Origin: Chiloscyllium plagiosum
Lineage: Eukaryota
Length of the DNA stretch: 35,924 nt
Assembly: GCF_004010195.1 (NCBI RefSeq)
Contig: NW_025213770.1
Span: 1 to 35,924, forward strand
Direction of reading: 5' to 3'
Made by a program: the position numbers and the translations under genes. A model generated the notes under the pieces. The model had not been told where the DNA came from. It did no database searches and saw nothing but the letters and a program-made list of their open reading frames with translations. How positions within the stretch are numbered: position 1 is the stretch's first letter; every line of letters starts with the position of its first letter. This document shows positions 1-10,257 of this stretch, piece after piece.

Positions 1-173
1 CCACATTGCCGTGCGTCTGGGGTCACTTGTGGACCAGACCACATGAGGACAGTTTCCTTCCCTAAAGGACATTAGTGAACCAGATGGGCTTTTCCTGACA
101 ATCGGCAAGGTTTTTATGGTCATCACTAAAATTCAATTTTACAATTGAATTTGCCATGGCAGGTTTTGAACCC
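1..173 (-). mobile_element. tRNA-headed SINE fragment (same family as 8477-8875), cut by the window edge
   Basis: Reverse complement aligns by eye to the 8477-8875 copy (GGGTTCAAAACCTGCCATGGCA...TTCACTAATGTCCTTTAGGGAAGGAAA...CTGGTC...CAGAC...GGCAATGTGG), including the B-box-like GGTTCAAA. Confidence 0.7.
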
Positions 174-732
174 TACCCCATAATCAGTCGGCCATCGCTT
201 CCCCTCTACCATTAGAAAGAAAATAATTACTCCGCTGTGATGCCTCACAAAGTTCAATTGCCCGCAGATATTCGCTGTTATTTTACAACACGAAGATTGT
301 GGCGGGGGGCTTAGGTAAGTAAGCCACATTTAACCATTATCAGTTATTATTGTTAGTTTTATTATTAGCCAATAAGGTATTTTAATTCGATTTTAGCACA
401 TCAAGACATCAGAAACATCAGTTTATCACACACGTATTATTTCAGTGGAAAGATTGCTAGCAACTTATTTCATATTTAAATAAACACGAACATCAAATGT
501 GACTTTTTTTTAGTTCCTGCGAGTTAAACGTTCCCAGCTCAACACGGTTTCTTTCAGAAGGGATAAACGTTTGAACAAGCATCTGCATTATTAAAGAAGT
601 ATCAATATTAATGATTAATATTTACCATGATGATGATACTAATGCCCAGTAGTTGGTATTTGGTGACTCTGATCAGACACCCGATGCTCATGGTTGCAGC
701 CACGTTAACTTTCTTTAAGTTTCTAAAGTTAC

Positions 733-838
733 ATGAGGCTATGGCGATCGCTCACCACTGTCGGGCTCCGCTCAGCCCGCGTCTTCCGCCTGAGCCTGTG
801 TCATGGGCGTGTACCTCAGTGTGGGCATACGATGGCGT
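733..838 (+). CDS. Candidate first coding exon of an unidentified host gene; possible mitochondrial-transit-like N-terminus
   Basis: Locally CpG-rich (740-840). ATG733 frame reads MRLWRSLTTVGLRSARVFRLSLCHGRVPQCGHTMA (Arg/Ser/Leu-rich, no D/E). An in-frame ATG832 has strong Kozak context (acgATGG) and is followed by donor GTGAGT at 839-844. No downstream exon was identified. Confidence 0.35.
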
Positions 839-984
839 GTGAGTACCTATCCAGCAAAAAGCCTTGCCCCAGCGCCTCAACTAAATAATTTGCTTATCTC
901 TCAGATGCACAAATAAATAAAATGCTTATTTTCTCTGTGTCAGTTGCCAATGTTTGAAGCACGACCAGTGTTCAAACCCAAACG

Positions 985-1150
985 GAAGCATTGAGTGCTG
1001 GAAATGCCAACTGAGCAGGTGCCTCGCAGCTTCAGTGAGGAGAGAACTGTTCAGGTATCAGGCATGTAACCTTTCATCAGAACTGAGACGCTAACTCTGT
1101 TTCTCTTCACCGTACTGCTGCGTATTTCCAACATTTTCTGTTTCTTCTTC
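985..1150. mobile_element. Old Penelope-like terminal fragment in inverted (hairpin) arrangement
   Basis: Left arm GTGCTGGAAATG...AGCAGG...GAGAGAA...CCTTTCATCAGAA and right arm AACTCTGTTTCTCT...TATTTCCAACATTTTCTG are degenerate inverted copies. Resembles 21055-21190 and 10160-10257. Confidence 0.5.
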
Positions 1151-1460
1151 AGAATGGGAGCTATTGTAGTATTTTCCTTTTGTGCACTGATATGTGACTT
1201 TGTTCAGAAAATAATTGCTGTGCACTTCCAAACAAAGGTTCAGTTCTAGATCCCTACATTTTACCAGGTGGTATCCCAAATACCTTTCACTTGATCTGTT
1301 GTCTAATCCACACATCACGTCAGGGAAAGCATTTTTGCAAATGGTAACATGAAAATAGTTCACAGAATCCTAGAAGAGTTACAATGCAGAATGAGGTATT
1401 TTGCACCATCATGCCTACACTGTGGTAATATGAGACTTTACGTACATAAAGTCTCCTGGA

Positions 1461-1780
1461 GGCAGCACTGTGGCTCAGTGGTTAGTGTTGTTGCCTCATA
1501 GCACCAGGGACCTGGGTTCAATTCTCACCTTGGGCAACTGTGTGGAGTTTGCTCATTCTCCCCGTGTCTGTGTGGGTTTCCTCCGGGTGCTCCAGTTTCC
1601 TCTCACCGTCACAAAGATGTGCAGGTTAAGTGAATTGGCCATGCTAAATTGCCCGTAGCGTTAGGTGCATTAGTCAGGGGTAAATGTAGGGGAATTGGTC
1701 TGGATGGGTTGCTCTTCAGAGGGTCGGTGTGGACTTGTTGGGCCAAGGGCCCGTTTCCACACTGTAGGGAATCTAATCTA
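1461..1780 (+). mobile_element. Full-length V-SINE (HE1-type)
   Basis: tRNA head with A box (TGGCTCAGTGG) and B box (GGTTCAATTC), V-domain GTGTGGAGTTTGC...CTCCCCGTGTCTG...GGGTTTCCTCCGGGTGCTCC, CR1-like tail GTTTCCACACTGTAGGGA ending in (ATCTA)n. Confidence 0.9.
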
Positions 1781-2535
1781 AAAACCTTTTGCCAATCTCC
1801 TTTTTTTTCCTCCAGACACAATATTTTTATCAAAATTATCATCCAGTGCCCTCTTGAGTGTCTTGAATAGTTGTGGAATTGACCTAGGATCTCTTGTACC
1901 ATCTGAAGTTTGTCTTGGTTGAAATTGCACATGTCGAATACCTCTCCCCATCATTCACTCTCCTCACTGTTTCTCAAACTTCTGTTGACAGTTTCCTGCT
2001 GCAGTCAATTGCTTTGGGCTCAAACAAAAACAACAACAGAAAGCTTAAACATCCATCACCTCCAATTCAATGAAAAGATATTCCAGTTGTACTGCACACT
2101 ATATTCTCCTTCAGGGTTAGTATGGTAGCTGAGCTGTTAGCAGGAATGATAGTTCTCAGAATTGAATTGGAGGAGTAGATTCCCCTCTGAGTTGCAACCT
2201 ATTTTTGAGTAGTTGCTGGACATTAATTGGAATAAAATTTTTATTAGTGCTGAATTATCATTACATAGAATCTCCTGTAAGGTTCTCCAGTTGGAACCCA
2301 ATATATTAATGCAAAATTTCTACCCAATTTCTGCCACCAAACAATTGCCAATGATTATAGCCACTATTAAAGTTGCAGGAGGTAGTTACAAAAGAAACTG
2401 TAATGACTCACTCAGGTTCCTTCAACAGTACCAAACTCATAATTTCTATAAATATAGAAGGACAGGGTAGCAGAAACACAAGAACACCACCACAAATTAC
2501 CTTCCAAACCACAAATCTCCTGACCATTCTTCACG

Positions 2536-2841
2536 TTAGATTAGATTCTCTACAGTATGGAAGCAGGCCCTTTGGCCAACAAATCCACACTGACCCTCTG
2601 AACAGTAACCCCTAGCCTATATTTACCCTGACTGATGCACCTATCCCTATGGGCAATTTTGCATGGCCAATTCACCCAACCTGACATCTTTGGACTGTGG
2701 GAGGAAACCAGAGCACCCAAAGGAAACACACATAAACACAGGGAGAACATGCAAGCTCCACACAGACAGTCACCCAAGGTGGGAATTGAACCCAGGTCTC
2801 GGGCACTGTGAGGCAGTAGTGCTGACCACTAAGGCACCGTG
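2536..2841 (-). mobile_element. V-SINE (HE1-type), inverted relative to 1461-1780
   Basis: Reverse complement of the same head, V-domain and tail; starts with TTAGATTAGATT, the reverse complement of the tail repeat. Confidence 0.9.
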
Positions 2842-2871
2842 TTACTGGGTTGAAGCTATGGCACTCATTTC

Positions 2872-3015
2872 CTAACAATACCAAGGGTGTGCCTGCACCA
2901 TATGAACAGCCACAGTTCCAGAAGGTGGCTCACTAGCACTTCCTCCAAGACAGCTAGGAATTAGCAATAAACGACAGCCTTGCCAGTGCACTTACACCCA
3001 TGAACAAATAAATTA
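2872..3015 (+). mobile_element. 3' tail of a CR1/L2-group LINE (tail shared with SINE 8477-8875)
   Basis: GGTGGCTCAC...CAGCTAGGAATTAGCAATAAA...CCTTGCCAG...CCCATGAACAAATAAA. The reverse complement of 32377-32590 is a better-preserved copy. Confidence 0.6.
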
Positions 3016-3914
3016 AAGAAAAGGGAAGAGTGGGTACCTAATTGAGAAGGTGATGTTATGAGCTATTGTTATTTTCATGGCATATTGATCTGTTAAATAC
3101 ATTTCAGAGGTGTTTCATTTCAAACTTTTGCTGTTGCAATTATTTTCTGCTGCTCATCAGAAATAGATTTCCCTGTTGAAATCTCTGTTACGCTATGAAT
3201 GAGAAGGGGAGCAGCAAGAGGATGAGGGCATATCACTGTCTCAGTAAATTCCAAATATTCTTGTATATTTGTATCTTTTACCTTCATTGCAGTAAAATTC
3301 TCATTTCCAGTACAACATTATATGTTCCAGCTTTGTGCAAAGTAAGGTGGCAGCAAACATTTAGCAATAAGGCAACAGAATTTGAGGACTGGAGTTTGGC
3401 TGCCCGTTTGCAGACAGGAAATGTTGTTTAGAGACTGGCTGATTACTGCGTGCGTGCGTGCATTGACTGTTGAATGAGGTAAATCTGCATTGTCACATTT
3501 CATGTTTGTACAAAATTAGATAACCTTACTTGTTCATATTACATGTGTTATCAGCAGGTGGTGCTGTTTGCTTCCAATCTCTCATACTGTTTCTCTGAAG
3601 ATGTGAATCTGACGCTACCCTGTCACCAAGGTGTCCATTAAAATATTGAACATTGATTTCTTATTTTCTTTTACAAGCTGTACACCTGAGTTTGTGCTTT
3701 CTTTTTATTCTATATTCCCAATGTTTTCCCCTAAAGGTGCTGAGTATTCTTATGTGGCAGCCAAGAAGCACTGTTTTATCATGATGGACATCCTGACCAT
3801 GCTTGGCATTCACAGTTACACACTGTGCAACAGTTGTCACTTGCTAGTGATCAACTAAACCCACATTGCATAGTCTATGTTACTGACTTTGTCCATGGGT
3901 GTGAAGGCCAATTA

Positions 3915-4215
3915 GTGCAAACTGAAGTAGACCATTCAGCCCCTTGAGCCCTCACTGCCATTCCACTGCATCTACCACTATGCCACTTACCCACGTTATC
4001 CTCAAAACTCCTGATGCTATTCAGATCCAGAAAAATTTGTATCACTGTCTTGAAGATATTCAATGACTGAGCTTCCACAACCTCAATGGACAGAAAATTC
4101 CAAAAATGCACTCCCTTTTAAGTGAAGAAATTCCTCCATATCTCAGTTCTAAATGGTCTTTCAGAGATGTGCTCCTGCTTACAGACTTACCACTCAGGGA
4201 AATTATCATTGATAC
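3915..4215 (-). mobile_element. CR1 LINE 3' fragment
   Basis: Minus-strand ORF 3875..4111 reads WNFLSIEVVEAQSLNIFKTVIQIFL, typical of the CR1 ORF2 C-terminus (WNxLPxEVVEAxSLxxFK). Confidence 0.8.
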
Positions 4216-4399
4216 ATCATAGTGCAGTTTCACTAAGACTGGTCCACCTCCACTGTTACAGATTTTTGGAAGTCTTCACTCTCTCTTCTGGCTAATAGAA
4301 TCCATTGCAAAGTTAAGTCCTTAAGCACTTAGATCTTAATTCTTACAGTTTACAGATCCATAGCACAACATGACCAAAAGGTTTAAAACAAATTGTCAT

Positions 4400-5700
4400 A
4401 GTTTCTTGTTGCAATTGTACAGGACCTTGGTGAGAGCACACCTGGAATATTATGTGCAGTTTTGGTTTCCTTATCTTAGAAAGGACGTTCTGGCTATGAA
4501 AGGAGTACACTGAAGGTTTACTAGTCTAATTCCAGGGATGTCAGGACTGATATATGAAGAGAGACTGGATCAGTTAGGACTATATTGATTTGCAATTTAG
4601 TAGGAGGAGGGATCTCATAAAAATCTATAAAATTCTAACAAAACCAGACTGGGTCAAAATAGGAATGATCTTCCCAATGAGGTATAGTTAGTAAGTTTGC
4701 AGATGACACCAAAATTGGAGATGTAGTGGACAGCAAAGAGGGTTACCTCAGTTACAATGGGATTTTGATCAGATGAGCCAATGGGCTGAGAAGTGGCAAA
4801 TGGAGTTTAATTCAGATAAGTGCGAGCTGCTGCATTTTGGGAAAGCAAATCTTAGCAGGACTTATACACTTAATGGTAAGGTCCTAGGGAGTGTTGCTGA
4901 ACAAAGAGACCTTGGAGTGCAGGTTCATAGCTCCTTGAAAGTGGAGTTGCAGGAAGATAAGATAGTGAAGAAGGCGTTTGATATGCTTCCCTTTATTAGT
5001 CAGAGTATTGAGTCAGTTGGGAGATCATGTTGCGGCTGTACAGGACATTGGTTAGGCCACTTTTGGAATATTGCATGCAATTCTGGCCTCCTTCCTATCG
5101 GAAAAATATTGTGAAACTTGAAATGGTTCAGAAAAGATTTACAAGGATGTTGCCAGGGTTGAAGGATATAAAAGAGACCTAAGGGGCAACCTTTACATGC
5201 AGAGGATGGTTTGTGATTGGAATGAGCTGCCAGAGGAAGTGGTGAGGCTGGTACAATTGCAACATTTAAAAGACATTTGGATGGGTATATGAATAGGAAG
5301 GGTTTGGAGGGATATGGACCGGGTGCTGGCAGGTGGGACTAGATTGGGTTGGGATATCTGGTCAGCATGAATGAGTTAGACTGAAGAGTCTGTTTCCGTG
5401 CTGTACATCTCTATGATTCTATGGCTGGAAGTCCATAACCAGTATTCACAGTCTTAGGATACAGGGTAGGCCATTTAGAACTGAGATGAGGGGAAATTTC
5501 TTCAGTAAGCCTGTGAAATTTTCTACCACAGAAAGTGGTTGAGGCCAAAACATTGAATAGCTTTATTTAAGAGTTAGAAGTAGTTCTTCAGGCTAAAGGA
5601 ATCAAAGGATATGGAAAGAAAACAAGAACAGTTTACTGAAATGGACGATTGGTCATGAACATATTGAAAAGTGGAACAGACCCGAAAGCTGTTTGTATTT
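4400..5700 (+). mobile_element. Older CR1 3' fragment (4400-4680 plus 5424-5700) split by a younger CR1
   Basis: LYRTLVRAHLEYYVQFWFPYLRKD motif. The two halves join as in the uninterrupted copy at 23215-23770 (TTCCCAATGA|...GTCCAGAACCAG...GGATACAGGGTAGG). Confidence 0.8.
4681..5423 (+). mobile_element. 5'-truncated CR1 (HER1-like) LINE: RT C-terminal half plus 3' UTR, frameshifted
   Basis: Starts GIVSKFADDTKIG (RT catalytic FADD), then WAEKWQMEFNSDKCELLHFG and QRDLGVQV. Internal deletion near 5165. Ends in CTCTATGATTCTATG tail. Confidence 0.9.
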
Positions 5701-6039
5701 TCTAAGCCTCCATGAAATGACATAAGAGGTATGATGTATCACACTGGTACATTGAGAGCTGGCCCACTGAGGTGGGGGTTGAGATCAGTGAGGGATAAAA
5801 TATGATTGATTGAGCAATGTTGTTGGAGTATGTAAGAACATATGAATTAGAAGCAGAAGTAAGCCGTTCGACCCTGTGAGCTTACTTTCAATTAGATAAT
5901 AATGATGCATGATCTCTTTGTGGCCTGAATTCTGCTTTCCTGTCTACTCAATCTCAGTGTGTCATGAAGACACTGGGTGCGTAATAGTGGGCTGAGTTTG
6001 TAAATGCGTCACAGTCATAAAGACATGAAAGATCTTAGC

Positions 6040-6290
6040 TAGGGACAACAGTTGTGTGCTAAGTTAGTTGATATCATTGGGAAGAATTGGTGGTGCTAGA
6101 ATTGATTTCTGCCCAACTGGTTGAGCCCAATAAGATCAGCAGAGCTTGTACTCTAGATTCCTGTCCAGTGGATTGCTGGAAAGACACATATGTGCATGTT
6201 GACAAGACTGAACTTGACTATGAAGCCACTTGTAGTCAAAGAGCATATGAGCATCTACTATTCAAGCTAACATGAAAAATAGCCACTCTC
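6040..6290 (+). mobile_element. Possible ancient SINE-like repeat
   Basis: Resembles a remembered elasmobranch repeat (TGTGCTAAGTTAG...TCCAGTG...GCTGGAAAG...CATGAAAAATAGCCACT); heavily diverged and not verified. Confidence 0.3.
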
Positions 6291-7815
6291 GCAGATCAGA
6301 AGGCACAAGATCCCATTGAACTAAGTCCCTGAAGACATTGGCTGTTCTTCATGATAGAAAAGAAAATTAACACAAAGTAAGCTTTCTCAAATTAATATTA
6401 GTGTGATTCAGTGTTAGAAAAGATAAAAACAAGCTCAGAATAATGAGATGTGAATGTACAGCCCACAATTTATTTTAATTTCTAGAATTGGAAACTGCAG
6501 ATATTCCATTGCCAGTGAAGAGGCCAGTAAGATCTCCCTGAACAGAGTGGGAGGTTTGATCAAAAGCAGGAAGATTCGCTTTCCCATATCAATGTTGAGA
6601 GCAATGAAAGAATGAAGAGTGAGAGATCTAACAACAGCTGGCACACATCACTCACCAGGATTGTTAACAGCTTGTACTTGCACGACACAGGTGTTTCAGC
6701 ACAAGAGAGAGGTGGATGTTGAGAGCATGAAAATAAGCAGGGAAGGGATAAACAGTGGCACTGGAAAAGATGAAGATTTTGCATGTTACATAAGAGTTGG
6801 AAGACTTAAGATATTTATTAGCTGGAAATAATGAAACATTAAAAGAACACTCTGTCTGAAGGTAACACAACTGCTTAAAACGTTTTGGATTGTTAGAGGG
6901 AAGACCACTTCCCAATTGACTTTTACTTCTTGAACAATTCATTTCTCACCACTGATCAATCAATCCCCCATCTTTCAATCAGCTCCCTCAATAGCCAAAT
7001 GCCATTGCCAATACCAGATCAATCCATTAGTCCATTGATCTTTTCCAGAGCATTGATTGGCCAATCTCTCATCCTCAGTCAATTCAGCTTCTACATTTCT
7101 TTCAACAAATCTTTTCCCTCTCAATTATAATCTTCTGCGTAAAATTGTATCATGAATCACTCCAGGTCGCTCACCATTTGAGCGAATGGTTTCCCTCCCT
7201 TCCATCAGCTGCTTTTCCAACTTAGTCGGTTGCCTTCCTTACCGAATTGATCTACTAATCCTCAACCCCTCTGTTCCACAGGCTGATAGTGTCTGAGATC
7301 CCATTGTGGCATGCATTTCAATTGAACTGCGGATTTTTAGGAAAAGCAGAAAAGACTAATTGAATGAATTGTGATGTTGAGGAAAAAAGTCTGATTTTTC
7401 ACATATTATGGAATACAATTAGAATTCCACTGTCTAAACTGTGGAATTTCCTAAGACATATGTCTTCCCAGAAAGCATGAACCCAACCTCTGCTCCAAAG
7501 ATTTAGAGAATTCAATCTTTACTCTTATTCACAGTGGATTTAAACTGATGACAGAATTCTCCTGACCCTTAACAACTCCATGCCCCCATTATTATTGCCA
7601 GAAATTATAATCTGTGTTGTACATGAATCAGTACAAATCACTGTTGACCATGAATGTAAGGTATTTTCATACATACATAATAGGAGCAGGACGAGCTCAT
7701 TTGGTCCTTTAAGTGTGTTCCACATTCATCAGGATCTTTGATCTCACATTGCCTTCCCACACTATCCCCAAGTCCCTTAATTTATTCATACCCAAAAATC
7801 CATTGACCTTGCATA

Positions 7816-8432
7816 TGTTATGGACCAGGCAAACCCCCTCAAAACATTTCAAGAAAGTAGCCCAGACCCTAGCTTTGCTAGTTGTTTTAAGCAGGTGTGA
7901 AGTGGTTATTTCAGGAGTGATGCAGCTGGCCCAACCACTTAGTTTCAAACAAAACTGAACGAAACACACATAGCGGAGAACAGAATATATGAGAACTTAA
8001 CCAATCCAAAAATCCAACAGAATATCTCAGATTAATGATGTTGTTCCAAATACTTGCAACAATCCCATAAACATCCCTTTGCAAAAAAGGAAAAGTCAAA
8101 CACAGGGGTCTTAAATGAGAGATGTCAGAGAGAGGGAGCATCAGCATGAACCTGCATCTTTAGGTCCAGCAGCTTCACAACTGACTGCTTGCTAAAACCA
8201 AACCAAACCAAAGAAAAGCTGAGATGGGAGAACTATCCACTCCCTTTCCATTGTATAAGTTTTTTTAAACTTAAAAGCATTTTGCCTGAGGCAGTATCTG
8301 TTAGCTATAATCAAATTGGCCCTAAAACTTTAAAACTAAGACTTCCCAGAGTCTCTGTGCTTATGACCCCTCTTAAAAAATAAACAAGGACAGCACAATA
8401 TTGTTAAAGGAGCAGCATCACCTCACATTACA
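7816..8432. mobile_element. Probable solo LTR
   Basis: 617-bp block with TGTTA...TTACA termini that interrupts the CR1 between CCTTGCATA and ATATTCAATG. Non-coding. Only a 3-bp ATA duplication is visible. Confidence 0.55.
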
Positions 8433-8476
8433 ATATTCAATGGTTGAGATTCCTTAGCTTACTGGGCTCACATATG

Positions 8477-8875
8477 AGGAGACGGTGGTATATTGATAGT
8501 GTCACTGGAGTAGTAATCCCAAGATCTAGGCTAATGCTCTACAGTCACAAGTTCAAATCCCACCATAGCAACTAGTCAAATTTACACTCAGTTAATAGAT
8601 CTGGAATGTATGAACCAGTTACCAAAAAACTGCCATTGATTGTTGTCAGAACCCACCATTTTCACTAATGTCCTTTCTCAAGGAAGGAAATCTCTTATCC
8701 TTATCTGGTCCCTGGTCTGGCCTCCATGTGACAACAGACCCATGGCAATGTGATTGTCTCTTTACTACCTATCAAAGTGGTTTAGCAAGCCACTCAGTTT
8801 GAGAGCAATTAGGAATATGCAACAAATATTGCCCTTGCCATAAATACCTACATCCCGTGTAAGAATTACAAAGAA
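8477..8875 (+). mobile_element. Full-length tRNA-headed SINE with LINE-derived tail
   Basis: Head GGTGGTATATTGATAGTGTCACTGGA...AGTTCAAATCCCACC (A/B-box-like), body shared with 1-173, tail GCAATTAGGAATATGCAACAAAT...TTGCC...CATCCCGTG shared with LINE tails at 2872 and 32377. Confidence 0.75.
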
Positions 8876-9699
8876 AATCTCAAAAATCCACAATCTCTTG
8901 AGTAAATTTTCTCCTCATCGCAATTCTAAATAGCTGGTCACTCATTCTGAGATTATGAACTAATGTTCTAAACTCACCATTTTTGTAGTACGTGTTCAAG
9001 TCCCTGTAGAATTATATTTGTATTAATTAGATCACCTTTCATAAGCTTATCTATAGACCTAGTCTACTTAATCTCTATGATAGGACAATCATTATCCAGG
9101 ATACTAAGGAACTAGTCCAATGAATCACCTGGGAACAAGCATGTCCTTTCTTAGCTAGGGAACCAAACTGCTCATATCAAATCCTGTATAATTGTAGTGA
9201 ATCTCATGTACTCTTGTACTCCAATCCTCTTGTAACTGTGCAATGGCTATTTGAGTAGTATTTTCTACTGATAGGATGCTGTAGTTAGTCTAATAAAGCT
9301 TTTCTACCTGCTACACAAATCGAGCAATGCGATGTATGAATTTCAGTGTCAGCATGATGCCAGCTACTGATGATGCCACTGATTGGCATGTTCTTTTGTT
9401 CCTTCATAATATGCAAAGTACAGACTATATACAATCAACCCACACTTGCAAAATCCAAGTAAGAACATCTACTGTTGGATTTGATTCCTCTATTTACAGC
9501 ATTTGCTGAGCAATCCAAAGTGTAGTAATAGTTAATCAACCAAACAGTTTAAGATAATCAGTTGAGCTCATAACATAGTTCATATATGCTTGAAAAAAGC
9601 CACACATAATTGTATTCAGGGACTCATTTTTGATAAACTAAAGAAGTATGTTCAAACCTTGTGCCCTTTTGAGTTACCTGAGAGCTTGGTGTGCCTACG

Positions 9700-9880
9700 A
9701 ATACCCCGTTGCTTTCTCTATGGCATTGCCTTGGACAATTAGAGTCAATTTGTCAAACAATCAAACCTCTTCTCCTATAATATAAATTGTTGTAATAGTT
9801 TTAAAATTGATATTCTTGCTGTTGTCCTGAAGAGTACAATATGAAAAACTTCAGCAACCTGACTTTCTTTTCAGCAATAT
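9700..9880 (+). mobile_element. Possible decayed Penelope-like terminal repeat
   Basis: Contains TATAAA followed by the degenerate hammerhead-like string GTCCTGAAGAGTACAATATGAAAAACTTC. Confidence 0.3.
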
Positions 9881-10159
9881 GCATTATCTTAGAGGTTTTA
9901 CTGAAACTCGGGAACTCATGGTGAATGTCATGTTCATTTTTTAACTTGTTTGGTGTCACTTTATACTATGCTGCAGCTATAAAGTTAGATTATGTTCATA
10001 AAGTAGTAACTTACAAACAATTACAAGTTTCCCAAATATTATTCAGAGCAAGTAAATTGGAGCATCAGTGACCTGCATTATATGTTCTCATATAAGCTAA
10101 GTTTGAGACAATGGGGTGTTAGTGAGCTACATAAAGATACTCACATCTTTAATGTTTAA

Positions 10160-10257
10160 ATAAAAGCATAAAATGTGGGAATCATTTCACAGTTCTGGTA
10201 GCATCTATGGAGACAGGAACAGTGTTAATGTTTAAGGTCTGTTACTTTTCATCTGAA
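10160..10257. mobile_element. Decayed Penelope-like terminal fragment
   Basis: CTGGTAGCATCTATGGAGACAGGAACAGTGTTAATGTTT...CTTTTCATCTGAA parallels 21055-21190. Confidence 0.45.

Larger units (their letters stand above)
7675..9235 (-). mobile_element. Old CR1 3' fragment in three pieces (7675-7815, 8433-8470, ~8880-9235)
   Basis: Reverse-strand CR1 tail motifs (ATAGGAGCAGGA...; CCTTG.ATA|ATTCAATG; CTCCTCATC...CTAAAT...ATTCTGAGATTATG; ACCAAACTG) that resume after each insert. Confidence 0.6.

Noticed and set aside
1461..1535. tRNA gene (also at 8477, 26977, 30978)
   Set aside because: A/B boxes run directly into SINE bodies; no complete cloverleaf.
3737..3858. Exon after a strong pyrimidine tract (CCCCTAAAG|G)
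   Set aside because: No convincing donor, unrecognised peptide, and no poly(A) context checked.
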